DNA from: an uncultured Bacilli bacterium
GTDB lineage: Bacteria > Bacillota_I > Bacilli_A > RFN20 > CAG-449
Length of the DNA: 64,000 nucleotides
Assembly: GCA_947591215.1 (NCBI GenBank)
Contig: CANQCZ010000001.1
Coordinates: forward strand, 27,399-91,398
Direction of reading: 5' to 3'
Part shown: positions 39,301 through 47,422 of the stretch, one piece after another
Numbering within the stretch: the stretch's first letter is position 1
Layout of the letters: every line of letters starts with the position of its first letter
Notes under the pieces: model-generated
Seen by the model: the letters and a program-made list of their open reading frames with translations, nothing else
Told to the model about the DNA's origin: nothing
Database searches by the model: none
Program-made: the position numbers and the translations under genes

Positions 39301-41066
39301 GAGAAAACAAAACTGAGCGAATCAGTGAATTTATTTATGATGATAATGAAGAAATAGAAAACAAAATATATCTTAACCCACGTCTTGCAAAGACTAAAGA
39401 TTACCTAGTCGATAATGAATCTGAAGAATTTAATTTTTCGTATGAATGGGATGGATTAGGTAGATTAAAAAAACAACAATATTCTGATGAAACTAAATTT
39501 TATGAATATTCCTATAATGATTGTGGAAGAATCAATAAAGTTGAATTTCATTTTAATGAGAATAATTTTGTTTTTCAATATACATACGATTCTATAGGTA
39601 ATATAAAAACTATCAAGGAAAATATCAATAATGATAATAAAATAGAATATACTTATGATTCATTTAATCAATTATTATCAGAAGTTAATTCAAAATTAGG
39701 TATTAATAATAAATATACTTATGATTCTAAAGGAAGATTATATGAAATTAATATAAATAATTCTACAAAGAAAATTTTCAATTACCATAGTAAAGGTAGG
39801 CTAATAGAACTACAATCCGGTAATACGACCTATAAGTATACCTATACATCAAATGGTAATTTAGAAAAAATATATATAAATCAACTAGATACGCTAGATA
39901 CATTAGAGCATGTATTGATATGGGAAAGACATAGTTTACTTAAAGAATACGATAAAAATCAGTATTTCTATAATTATCAAGGAATAAGATATAAAAAGAT
40001 TGTTAATGGAATAACTAAATTCTATTATCTAAGTGGTGAAAAAATTTTAGGTGAAGATTGGTCAAATGGAATTAAAATACGTTATTTCTATGATGCAAAT
40101 GGTATTGCAGGTTTTACATATAAAGGAAAAACATATCATTACATAAAAGATATACAACAAAATATCAGAGCAATTCAAAAAGAATGTGATATAATATGTA
40201 CATACGAATATGATGCTTATGGGAATTGTTATACAGCAACTTATGAAGACATTGATGATATTGCCACCATAAATCCATTTAGATATCGTGGATACTATTT
40301 TGATGTGGAGACAGGACTATATTATTGCAACTCTAGGTATTATTCACCAGAACTATGTAGATGGCTTACACCTGATTCAATTGAATATTTAGACCCTGAA
40401 TCTATTAATGGCTTAAATCTATATTGTTATTGTTATAATAATCCAGTAATGTACGCAGATCCTAGTGGACATTTACCAGAATGGGCTTGGAAATTAATTA
40501 TTGGTACAAGTTTCATTTTAGTTGGTGCATTGGTTACAGCAGCTACTGCAGGAGCAGGAGCAACTTTTTGGGCAACCTTTGGTTCAGCATTATTAACATC
40601 AACTATTCAAACTGGAATAAGTGCTGCTGTTAGTGCTAGCCTTGGTTTTATTGTTGGAGGTATTTCCACTGGTACGTTGGAAGGTGCTTTTACTGGAATG
40701 ATTGATGGTACGGTTGATGGTTATATGTGGGGAGGTATTATTTCTGGCGGTTCGCAAATTCTAAGTGGTTTAATGAAAGTTGGAAATGGTATATCTTCTG
40801 GTAGGATTGAGGCATTGTATAAGTCTGAAAATTCAACAACATTATTTAATTATAATAATGCTGCTGGAAAGAGTAAATTCAGAATAGATGTCGCTAAAGG
40901 TAAAGTTAAATATCCCGGTGGCAAAACAGGTTTCTTGAGTGGGAAAGAACTATATGGGTTACATTACCATTTTGGTAAAACTAATTCTCTAAGGGAACTA
41001 CATAGATTCTTTACTCCTGGTGTTGTTAATGGATTTATTTCTTCTTTGTTAGATTATTTATTTTAA
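36339..41066 (+). CDS. Rhs/YD-repeat polymorphic toxin: Rhs core ending in …YCYNNPVMYADPSGH, then a roughly 197-aa variable C-terminal toxin domain
   Basis: Multiple YD repeats (YTYDSIGNI, YTYDSFNQL, YTYDSKGRLYE, YEYDAYGNCY), the RHS repeat-associated core (…FRYRGYYFDVETGLYYCNSRYYSPELCRWLTPDSI…) and a DPxG-type cleavage motif (ADPSGH) at aa 1373-1378. The sequence downstream of that point is unrelated among the five copies. Confidence 0.9.
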   Translation: MDKDFQDIERVFYNGNEVERVFYNGQEIVKNIYYRFSNEKSRIGQTELSYQCGVGEAKVNVYTGRLSLIHPDINIGAGNFEIGISHIYNSSWSTKFDNVMGNGWKLNLQQYCYPYDDNDEERLLGYEKGDYVYIDAEGYKHRFVIYKEKDGVAYYYDDAKNNLILKKISESKLEISNPTGSTLCFNKDGQLYSIVSPYNTTIVKHIEYKDGKIDSVYDKRNSNRVLYFKYNKEDLLSEISCEENSIILKTLHYFYDSDNNLIRITKQVNTSTKTVAFFSYDSNDLIHIMDGEDNSAILFSYKNFDDKYVTNVKIGTGKKTFSNSSKIDLKEIKNETKFDYESTSNTLVTTEKGITYLYQFNKRGFTSAIFEKDGHNLRTLTKENGWSLSNGNQTTSINGKHSEIVYGETYLLTKEKLYNFLNIFAGATNYSYVENYTLSFWIKLKSVVYNDVLARLKIITVPALQEVTLNFKSRIDHTAYDVWQHVTIPIDFQLFEANYDNSVDYSESGIQNEVPKLKENINEMRISLEGIPLDSSFEIADIQIAVGSQNHLVIAGKNFEDADYIYCYIGNKCEKKAINSNFFMTLQDVILTYLNMHKCANENDKFDMVACDGTKVIEVNAISFTTPKFNECKFKFLDDGKPNFYLVCKNRRAQSQWLVTETDFTFRNDYIEQRTSVDVIEKYYICIDENSKSRNYSWYFYNGLLKAQKDAYGVITENKYDDYGNLIEIVIYNENDSNKLIRTITFDEFQLNDSKLSKVQYQINDNGVLSKQTFNLPFFQLDSETVFNGDTTLYEKCYIYDDIFGDKLTKISVKSDLKKIDTYFKYTDEGYLNDISDDSKNHYQFEYDIFGDITSYNLIDEDNNVTELLQKENINYDNHFEAIIEKYPSDNSSFTREYLYDQYNRLTSIRENEEHIKFDYESNEESRMLAQVEYIDDPYTKQKNVIKYDSNTGLYTYSTINEESSTSNQGLSIVQIGQNKTKYILCDGENKTERISEFIYDDNEEIENKIYLNPRLAKTKDYLVDNESEEFNFSYEWDGLGRLKKQQYSDETKFYEYSYNDCGRINKVEFHFNENNFVFQYTYDSIGNIKTIKENINNDNKIEYTYDSFNQLLSEVNSKLGINNKYTYDSKGRLYEININNSTKKIFNYHSKGRLIELQSGNTTYKYTYTSNGNLEKIYINQLDTLDTLEHVLIWERHSLLKEYDKNQYFYNYQGIRYKKIVNGITKFYYLSGEKILGEDWSNGIKIRYFYDANGIAGFTYKGKTYHYIKDIQQNIRAIQKECDIICTYEYDAYGNCYTATYEDIDDIATINPFRYRGYYFDVETGLYYCNSRYYSPELCRWLTPDSIEYLDPESINGLNLYCYCYNNPVMYADPSGHLPEWAWKLIIGTSFILVGALVTAATAGAGATFWATFGSALLTSTIQTGISAAVSASLGFIVGGISTGTLEGAFTGMIDGTVDGYMWGGIISGGSQILSGLMKVGNGISSGRIEALYKSENSTTLFNYNNAAGKSKFRIDVAKGKVKYPGGKTGFLSGKELYGLHYHFGKTNSLRELHRFFTPGVVNGFISSLLDYLF
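40308..40472 (+). repeat. rhs core-end repeat, master copy (inside rhs)
   Basis: About 162 nt encoding ETGLYYCNSRYYSPELCRWLTPDSIEYLDPESINGLNLYCYCYNNPVMYADPSGH. It is repeated four more times downstream at about 93 % identity. Confidence 0.9.
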
Positions 41067-41081
41067 TTATTGGGTGATATT

Positions 41082-41417
41082 ATGAGAATTGAATCTTTAA
41101 AGCAACTTTATGAGATAATATTAAAAAAAATGCCGAGTTATAAGATAGTGTTAAATGAAAGCAATTTAATTATTGAAAATTCGGCGAATCACTTTATTAA
41201 AATAGTTTTTAACCATGGTTTCTTTGATGTTTATATTGATAATTTTCATTATTATGATGTTGATACGTGGGATATAGAAGACACTATCGAGTCTATTATG
41301 ACAGAAGAATACATTTTATTTAAGAATAATACAGTTTATACTTTATCGCAAAAACAATACGAAAAAGTTATAAAAAAAGATAAGAAGGCATGTATAATTA
41401 AATTTAATAATGATTAA
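41082..41417 (+). CDS. Candidate immunity protein for the main Rhs C-terminal toxin
   Basis: Small ORF starting 16 nt after the rhs stop and co-oriented. No family recognised. Position is typical of Rhs immunity genes. Confidence 0.5.
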   Translation: MRIESLKQLYEIILKKMPSYKIVLNESNLIIENSANHFIKIVFNHGFFDVYIDNFHYYDVDTWDIEDTIESIMTEEYILFKNNTVYTLSQKQYEKVIKKDKKACIIKFNND

Positions 41418-41616
41418 TATTTATGATGTGTCATTTCCTTATAAAATAGAAAAAATCAATAGTGGATGGGTTTATTGTAGGTAGGTTCTATGGTAGAGCA
41501 ATTAAAAAGAGTTTTAAATAGTGTTAAAGAAGAGATAAAAGTGAAAATTTCATTTGGGATAAAGAAAAAATAATTTCTGTTGCGAAACCTAAAAATGGAA
41601 GAATTATAGTCCAGTC

Positions 41617-41931
41617 GAAACAGGACTATATTATTGCAATTCTAGATATTATTCACCAGAACTTTGTAGATGGTTAACACCTGATTCCATTGATTATTTA
41701 GACCCTAAATCTATTAATGGATTAAATCTATATTGTTATTGTTATAATAATCCAGTAATGTACGCTGATCCTAGTGGACATTTTGTGATAACACTGATTG
41801 CAGGTTTAACAATATCGTTTTTAATAGGTGCTATATCGAGTACAATTAGTCAATATGTTCAATATGGTGAAGTAAACTGTCTTCAAGCAGGAGTTGATGG
41901 ATTGTTTGCTTTAGCAAAAAATAGAAAATAG
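41617..41931 (+). other. Orphan rhs C-terminal cassette 2: core-end repeat (41617-41781) fused to a short, probably truncated 50-aa C-terminal domain. No in-frame start upstream of the internal Met.
   Basis: In-frame stop at 41590-92. Then ETGLYYCNSRYYSPELCRWLTPDSIDYLDPKSINGLNLYCYCYNNPVMYADPSGH, followed by FVITLIAGLTISFLIGAISS…AKNRK and a stop at 41929-31. Confidence 0.7.
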
Positions 41932-41980
41932 TGAAAGACTTTCACGAGCAAAATAATTTTATAAAAGGAGGATGTTAAGT

Positions 41981-42430
41981 ATGAAAATATATTATAAATT
42001 AAGTGATAATTATAATCCAAATTATATAGTAAAATATGATGATAACTCTTTTGGAGCTTATGGAGTGTATTTTGATTTTCAAGTTGTATTAACATCAGCT
42101 GGTTCAGTTATTTTAAATTTTGATCTTTATTCAAAGAGATGTGAATCATGTGAAGGATATCTAGCAATTAAAATTAATAAGAAAACTAAATACGAAAATA
42201 TAGATATTGAAAATTATAGTAATGGTGAATTATTAATTGAACTAGATGATTTTGAAAAAGAGGTACCTATGTGTGAATACTTATTAGACGGTAAGTTTAA
42301 ATATGATATTAACAAATCACGAATTTGCATAGGTAATATTAATAGTAACGAAGTTATTATGTTTGGCAAAGGTCAATATGCATCCTTTCAAAATGGCAAA
42401 TTAATTGGTGTAATTATAGATTTAAAATAA
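41981..42430 (+). CDS. Candidate immunity protein of cassette 2
   Basis: RBS AAAGGAGG is 9 nt before ATG 41981. 150 aa, contains CESCEGY. Follows the orphan C-terminal domain. Confidence 0.5.
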   Translation: MKIYYKLSDNYNPNYIVKYDDNSFGAYGVYFDFQVVLTSAGSVILNFDLYSKRCESCEGYLAIKINKKTKYENIDIENYSNGELLIELDDFEKEVPMCEYLLDGKFKYDINKSRICIGNINSNEVIMFGKGQYASFQNGKLIGVIIDLK

Positions 42431-42470
42431 ATAGCAAATTACTTTCACAAGCACAATATGTAAGTTTACT

Positions 42471-43196
42471 GAAACAGGACTATATTATTGCAACTCTAGG
42501 TATTATTCACCAGAACTATGTAGATGGCTAACACCTGATTCAATTGATTATTTAGACCCTAAATCTATTAATGGCTTAAATTTATATTGTTATTGTTATA
42601 ATAATCCTATAATGTACGCAGATCCTAGTGGGCATTTTGGAATATTAGCATTGATTGCAATAACTGGATTTTCAATGCTAATAGGTGGAGCTGTTCAGCT
42701 GATATCAAATGCGATGGCTGGTAAAACTGGAAGTGAATTATGGCACGGAGTTGCAGGAGCGACCTTAGGAACTGGTGCTAATGCCTTAGCATTGTGGTTG
42801 TCACCATTTACGGGCGGAGCATCATTAGCTTTTGCTACAGTAATATCGGCTGGCATTCAAACTGGTGTTGATACGCTTGAAACAATCATCAGAGGTGAAA
42901 AAAATAAATGGATGGCAAACTATTGCTGATTTTGGTATTAATTTTGCAACAATATTTGCAGGCAACTATATAGGTAGCAAATTAATTTCAATAAATTAAG
43001 GATGGTTTCAACCTAAAAAGTTTTTGAGTGTTTTTACAAAATCATATGGTCAAAAAATCTTATTGCAATCATCAATAGGTGCTGGACTATCTGGAATAGT
43101 AAACTTAATAAAAAAATTTGATTTTAATAGACTTGAGTTGAAAGACTTTATTCCAAACATACCTGTTCCAATGATTCCAAATATTTTCGGAGATTA
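42471..43196 (+). pseudogene. Orphan rhs C-terminal cassette 3, disrupted by two frameshifts
   Basis: Core-end repeat 42471-42635 (…MYADPSGH), then a Gly/Ala-rich hydrophobic region. The reading frame breaks at about 42929 (…MANYC stop) and continues in the +1 frame (WQTIADFGINFATIFAGNYIGSKLISIN) and then another frame (GWFQPKKF…PNIFGD stop 43196). Confidence 0.65.
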
Positions 43197-43211
43197 AGGA
43201 GATTAAAAATT

Positions 43212-43598
43212 ATGATTATAAAAGATAAATTAATAAAAGAATATCCATTAACTAAAAAAATAGATTGCTTTTTTGAATGTTTTGAAGTTATAAAAAGAAG
43301 ATATGTTATTTTCTATGATGAAAAAATTAATAAAGAAAATATTAAATCTTTACTTGATGTATTTAATGAAAATACAAATAATAATTTTTCTAAGAAAAAA
43401 ACATTAATTGTTGTTGCATGTACTAATGAACAGTTTAATAAAGAAGATTTATTATTTTTTAATGGTGTAGATACATTTATTGTATATTATTTAATAAATG
43501 AAAATACAAATGAAATTTATTTTAATGATCAAAAGATGTTGTGGTTTAGTATAGATTGGAAAAAAATAATTAAAAAATTTAATGAAATATTAAAATAA
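43212..43598 (+). CDS. Candidate immunity protein of cassette 3
   Basis: RBS AAGGAG upstream. 128-aa Lys/Asn-rich protein with no family. Confidence 0.5.
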   Translation: MIIKDKLIKEYPLTKKIDCFFECFEVIKRRYVIFYDEKINKENIKSLLDVFNENTNNNFSKKKTLIVVACTNEQFNKEDLLFFNGVDTFIVYYLINENTNEIYFNDQKMLWFSIDWKKIIKKFNEILK

Positions 43599-44019
43599 TT
43601 ATCAAATTACTTTCACAAGCAAAATAATTTTATCAAAGATAACGCTATTAACAATTTTATTCATTTAAAACAAATAATTAGAGATATGCTCATAAAAATA
43701 TTAAATATAAACAAAAGAAATAATAATATGATAAAATATAGATGTCTAGTTCTATGCTTTATTTTACGAGAGGTAAAATGAAACAAAAAGAATTATATAA
43801 GACAGCAATATATAACTAGAACTACTGGTATTGCAGCAAAAGCTTTAAAACTATTAGGTCAAAATTTAGTTAAACAATAGAATAAAATGGTTATTGACCA
43901 AGTAGGGAAAAATTTTAGGAAAGCATTATCATTTGGTGGAATAGCATTATTATTTGGAACTGTTTTGGTAAAAGATTACTATACGACTGGATTAATGATA
44001 ATTTCTAGGGGGACTTAAT

Positions 44020-44493
44020 ATGTTAGATAATATTTTGATTATAACAATTTTATTTTCTATAGTATTAAGTTTTTTAATAGTTAAAGTTTGGCGAAAAAAA
44101 CACTTTGTAAAATCGTTATACATTGATCAAGGCGTTTCAATAACATTTTATGTCATTGCGCTTGCTTTCACAATTGTCTTACTAACAATATATTACATAC
44201 AAGCATATAATTGGTTGTTTTTGCTAATGCTATTATTATATGATTTATGTTCATTATTTATATTTTGCATTTTAACAACTACTTGTATTTATTTAAAAGA
44301 TAACGTTGTGATTAAAAAAAATATTTTTATTACAAAAAAAATATTGCTTAATAAAGAAACGAAAATAATCGAAAAAGCAACCAAAACAATTATTAAATCT
44401 AAAAATAAATCCATTTCTATTAGTTCAAGACATTTAAATGGAAGTATAAGAAGGTTTATATATGATATTAAGATAATAATTAATGAGTCATAA
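44020..44493 (+). CDS. Membrane protein (4 TM), possible orphan membrane immunity protein
   Basis: RBS AGGGGGA upstream. Hydrophobic. Sits between cassettes 3 and 4. Confidence 0.45.
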   Translation: MLDNILIITILFSIVLSFLIVKVWRKKHFVKSLYIDQGVSITFYVIALAFTIVLLTIYYIQAYNWLFLLMLLLYDLCSLFIFCILTTTCIYLKDNVVIKKNIFITKKILLNKETKIIEKATKTIIKSKNKSISISSRHLNGSIRRFIYDIKIIINES

Positions 44494-44535
44494 TAAGATA
44501 ATAAAGTCGAATAGCATTATATTAGATTTTTTTAC

Positions 44536-45191
44536 GTTACTATTCACTAGAACTATGTAGATGGATTACACCTGATTCAATTGATTATTTAGATCCAGAA
44601 TCTATTAATGGCTTAAATCTATATTGTTATTGTTATAATAATCCAGTAATGTACGCTGATCCTAGTGGACATTTTGCAATTAGTTTAACATTACTTGGAT
44701 TAATTGTTGGAGCCGTGGTTGGAGCAACAATAGGAGGAATCGCTGCTTATAATATTGCAAAGGATCATGGTGCTGAAGGATGGGAATTATTTGGATGGAC
44801 TATGGCAGGTATAGTTGGAGGAGGTATAATTGGTGGCGCTTTAGGTGCGGGAATTGGAGCGATTGTTACAAAAGTGACTGGAGTTATAGGTTTATCAATA
44901 ACGAAATATTCTATTATACCAATTAAAGGTACAACAATTTTAGGAGATATGCCTGGATATATTGGAGCAGCACAAGCAACGGGTTTAGGATATTATTTAA
45001 TTTCAAATAAATTGTGGGAAAACTTAGATGCAACTCAACGCTGGCTTAACAATATGCAATATATTAAAGATGCTAATACATTAGGATCTCAATTTGCGTT
45101 GGTTCCTGATTTTGTGGTTAAAGCAGGCACAACATTATGGCAGGAAATACAATATTTAATTGAAAACGGCATTCCTTGGATATTATTCTAA
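44536..45191 (+). other. Orphan rhs C-terminal cassette 4: 5'-truncated core-end repeat (44536-44672, starting at RYYSLELCRW) plus a roughly 170-aa C-terminal domain
   Basis: …NPVMYADPSGH, then FAISLTLLGLIVGAVVGATIGGIAAYNIA… (Gly-zipper hydrophobic segment), then a variable domain. Upstream in-frame stop; the only Met is the internal MYADPSGH. Confidence 0.7.
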
Positions 45192-45218
45192 AAACAATTT
45201 GGAGGGTAAGTAATAATT

Positions 45219-45518
45219 ATGTATAATAATTTACTTTATAAGACATTTGATAAAAAATATAAAGAAAAATACAATAAATTTTTATTGTTGTGTAATAAAT
45301 ATAATGCAAAAATTATTAAATTTGATTATTACAAAAAAGTATTTGGAAATTTTGTAATTGAGATAGAATATAACGAAAAACATCACATAATTATAACGGA
45401 TAGAGGAGACATAATTTTTAATGGAAAATATATATGTGATAACTCGTATCTTAGTACAGGACAAGACACATTTAATAAATTACTTGAGATGATAGAAAAA
45501 AATCTGTTTAACAAATAA
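45219..45518 (+). CDS. Candidate immunity protein of cassette 4
   Basis: RBS GGAGGG upstream. 99 aa. Confidence 0.5.
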   Translation: MYNNLLYKTFDKKYKEKYNKFLLLCNKYNAKIIKFDYYKKVFGNFVIEIEYNEKHHIIITDRGDIIFNGKYICDNSYLSTGQDTFNKLLEMIEKNLFNK

Positions 45519-45685
45519 ATCACATATTGGTAAAATAAAAATTTTGATTATAGAAATCTAAATTTAAAAAACAACAAAAATAATTTAAAAAAATGAATAG
45601 TTAGCAAATTACTTTCACAAGCAAAATAATTTTATTAAAATTAACTTTATTAACAAATTTATTAGTTAAAATAAAAATTAATTAT

Positions 45686-46510
45686 GATGTTGAAACAGGA
45701 CTATACTATTGCAACTCTAGGTACTATTCACCAGAATTTTGTAGATGGATTACACCTGATTCAATTGAATATTTAGACCCTGAAAGTATTAATGGCTTAA
45801 ATCTATATTGTTATTGTTATAATAATCCTATAATGTACGCAAATCCTAGTGGACATGCTCCTTGGTGGAGTTGGGCATTATCAGGATTACAATTAGTAGC
45901 AGGAGTTGCATTATGCTTTGTTCCAGGCATGCAAGGATTAGGTGTTTCATTAGCAATTGGCGGTGCAACTGGATTAATTATGAATGTGTTAGAGCCACAA
46001 TTAGCTCAAGCAATTGGAGGAGTAGGATCTATGGCAAATGGCTATGGCGCCATTTCTACAGGTATTAGTTTGATGAGCTTAGGTGGATGGGTAGTAGTTG
46101 CTGGTTTGTGCTTAACAGTAATTGGTTTTGGAACAATGGCTTTTGGTGCAAACGAGGTTATAGATGCTATGACTGATACAAATTACATTCAAAAGTGGAC
46201 TGGTATGAGTGATTCGGCATATGCTTGGTCATATTTGGGATTAAACTTTGCATCAAGCATCGGTCAAGCAGCAGGTAATGTGTATCGTTTACATGCTACA
46301 AGAGAAATAAGATTTAATCATAGTGGCACTGAAATTAGAGGATATAGATATCGTGATAGAAAAGGTAATCCATTCTTTGATTTTGATTATCCACATAAAG
46401 ATATACCTTATAATCATTGGCATGGATGGGATGGGCCTAGATTAACTAATAGAACAGGAGATCATTGGAGTTACTTAAGATTAATTTTGTGGATGTTAGG
46501 AGGAATGTAA
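45686..46510 (+). other. Orphan rhs C-terminal cassette 5: core-end repeat (45686-45856) plus a roughly 217-aa C-terminal domain
   Basis: …NYDVETGLYYCNSRYYSPEFCRWITPDSIEYLDPESINGLNLYCYCYNNPIMYANPSGH, then APWWSWALSGLQLVAGVALCFVPG… (hydrophobic Gly-rich segment), then a His/Trp-rich domain (…HWHGWDGP…). Confidence 0.7.
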
Positions 46511-46864
46511 ATGAAATTAAAACGTAAATTTAAACATAATTATGGTAGTGACATACTAAATGAAGCTTATGAAAAACTTTTTAATGGAGAACATATGTCC
46601 TATGAGGAATTTGTAATTATGCTTTCAACAAATGATGAACTATATTTTTATTATATTGAAAAAGATGGTGAAAAAGAATATCAAGTTGAACATTGGGGTG
46701 ATGGCACTGTATATATGTGTGTTACTAGATATGAAGATGGTAAAAAGATTCTAGAAAGAAATGAAAAATTTAATTCTATTATTGAACTATTAAATGATTT
46801 TAGAATTGAAGGTAAAAGCATATACGAAATATGGCCAGATGTTATGTTTGCAAAGTCAAGATAA
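46511..46864 (+). CDS. Candidate immunity protein of cassette 5
   Basis: RBS AGGAGGA is 7 nt upstream. ATG immediately follows the cassette-5 stop (TAAATG). Confidence 0.55.
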   Translation: MKLKRKFKHNYGSDILNEAYEKLFNGEHMSYEEFVIMLSTNDELYFYYIEKDGEKEYQVEHWGDGTVYMCVTRYEDGKKILERNEKFNSIIELLNDFRIEGKSIYEIWPDVMFAKSR

Positions 46865-46991
46865 CAAAATAATTATGTTTTAACACAAACTTGCAGGGGT
46901 GTGTCTATTCAATGGAAAATCTTTTATCAGCTCATTAATGATAATCATATATGGTTAAAATGGTTTAGTTATTATTTATAGGAGAAATCAA

Positions 46992-47402
46992 ATGGAATTC
47001 GTTATTTATAAAGAAAATTTTGTTGAAGAATTTCACAAAAACTTTTTACCATTATTTTCAATTAAAAAATTAAAAAAATTAAATTGTTATGCTCCTAACC
47101 ATGGCTATTTATGGAATGCTTGTGAACATAATCTAGTTGAAAATTTAAAGGGCAAAGATGCAATGTTAGCATATGATAATATTGATAAGACAGGTGCAAT
47201 AGAATTTCAATATGATAATGGATTTATGGGTGATGATATTTCAAAACCACTTTCAAAAGAAAATGATAATTCAATAAAAATTCAAAATAATGGTTTGATT
47301 GAATTTTATGTAATTGGTTTAAATTTCTCATGGTGTTATATTGTGACACACGAGCCAGATGGTTGTGGTCCATATTTTATTATTAATAAAAATAAAAGTT
47401 GA
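46992..47402 (+). CDS. Hypothetical protein (136 aa), possible orphan immunity gene
   Basis: RBS AGGAGAAA upstream. Last gene of the AT-rich island. Confidence 0.45.
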   Translation: MEFVIYKENFVEEFHKNFLPLFSIKKLKKLNCYAPNHGYLWNACEHNLVENLKGKDAMLAYDNIDKTGAIEFQYDNGFMGDDISKPLSKENDNSIKIQNNGLIEFYVIGLNFSWCYIVTHEPDGCGPYFIINKNKS

Positions 47403-47422
47403 ATTAAATTATTTAGAATATA

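Noticed and set aside
43779-43860. Possible extra, highly degraded rhs core fragment (…AACTAGAACTACTGG… resembling CCAGAACTATGTAGATGG)
   Set aside because: The similarity is short and interrupted. It cannot be distinguished from chance in AT-rich DNA.
40308-45856. Possibility that the five ~160-nt direct repeats are a CRISPR array or IS ends
   Set aside because: They are protein-coding in one frame (the Rhs core end), separated by 0.9-2 kb of unique coding sequence, with no Cas genes or transposase. This pattern is characteristic of rhs orphan cassettes.
45862-46068. 68-aa alternative-frame ORF inside cassette 5
   Set aside because: Shadow ORF within the in-frame continuation of the core-end repeat.
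32900-47420. Prophage or integrative element
   Set aside because: No integrase, recombinase, transposase, tRNA attachment site or flanking direct repeats were found.
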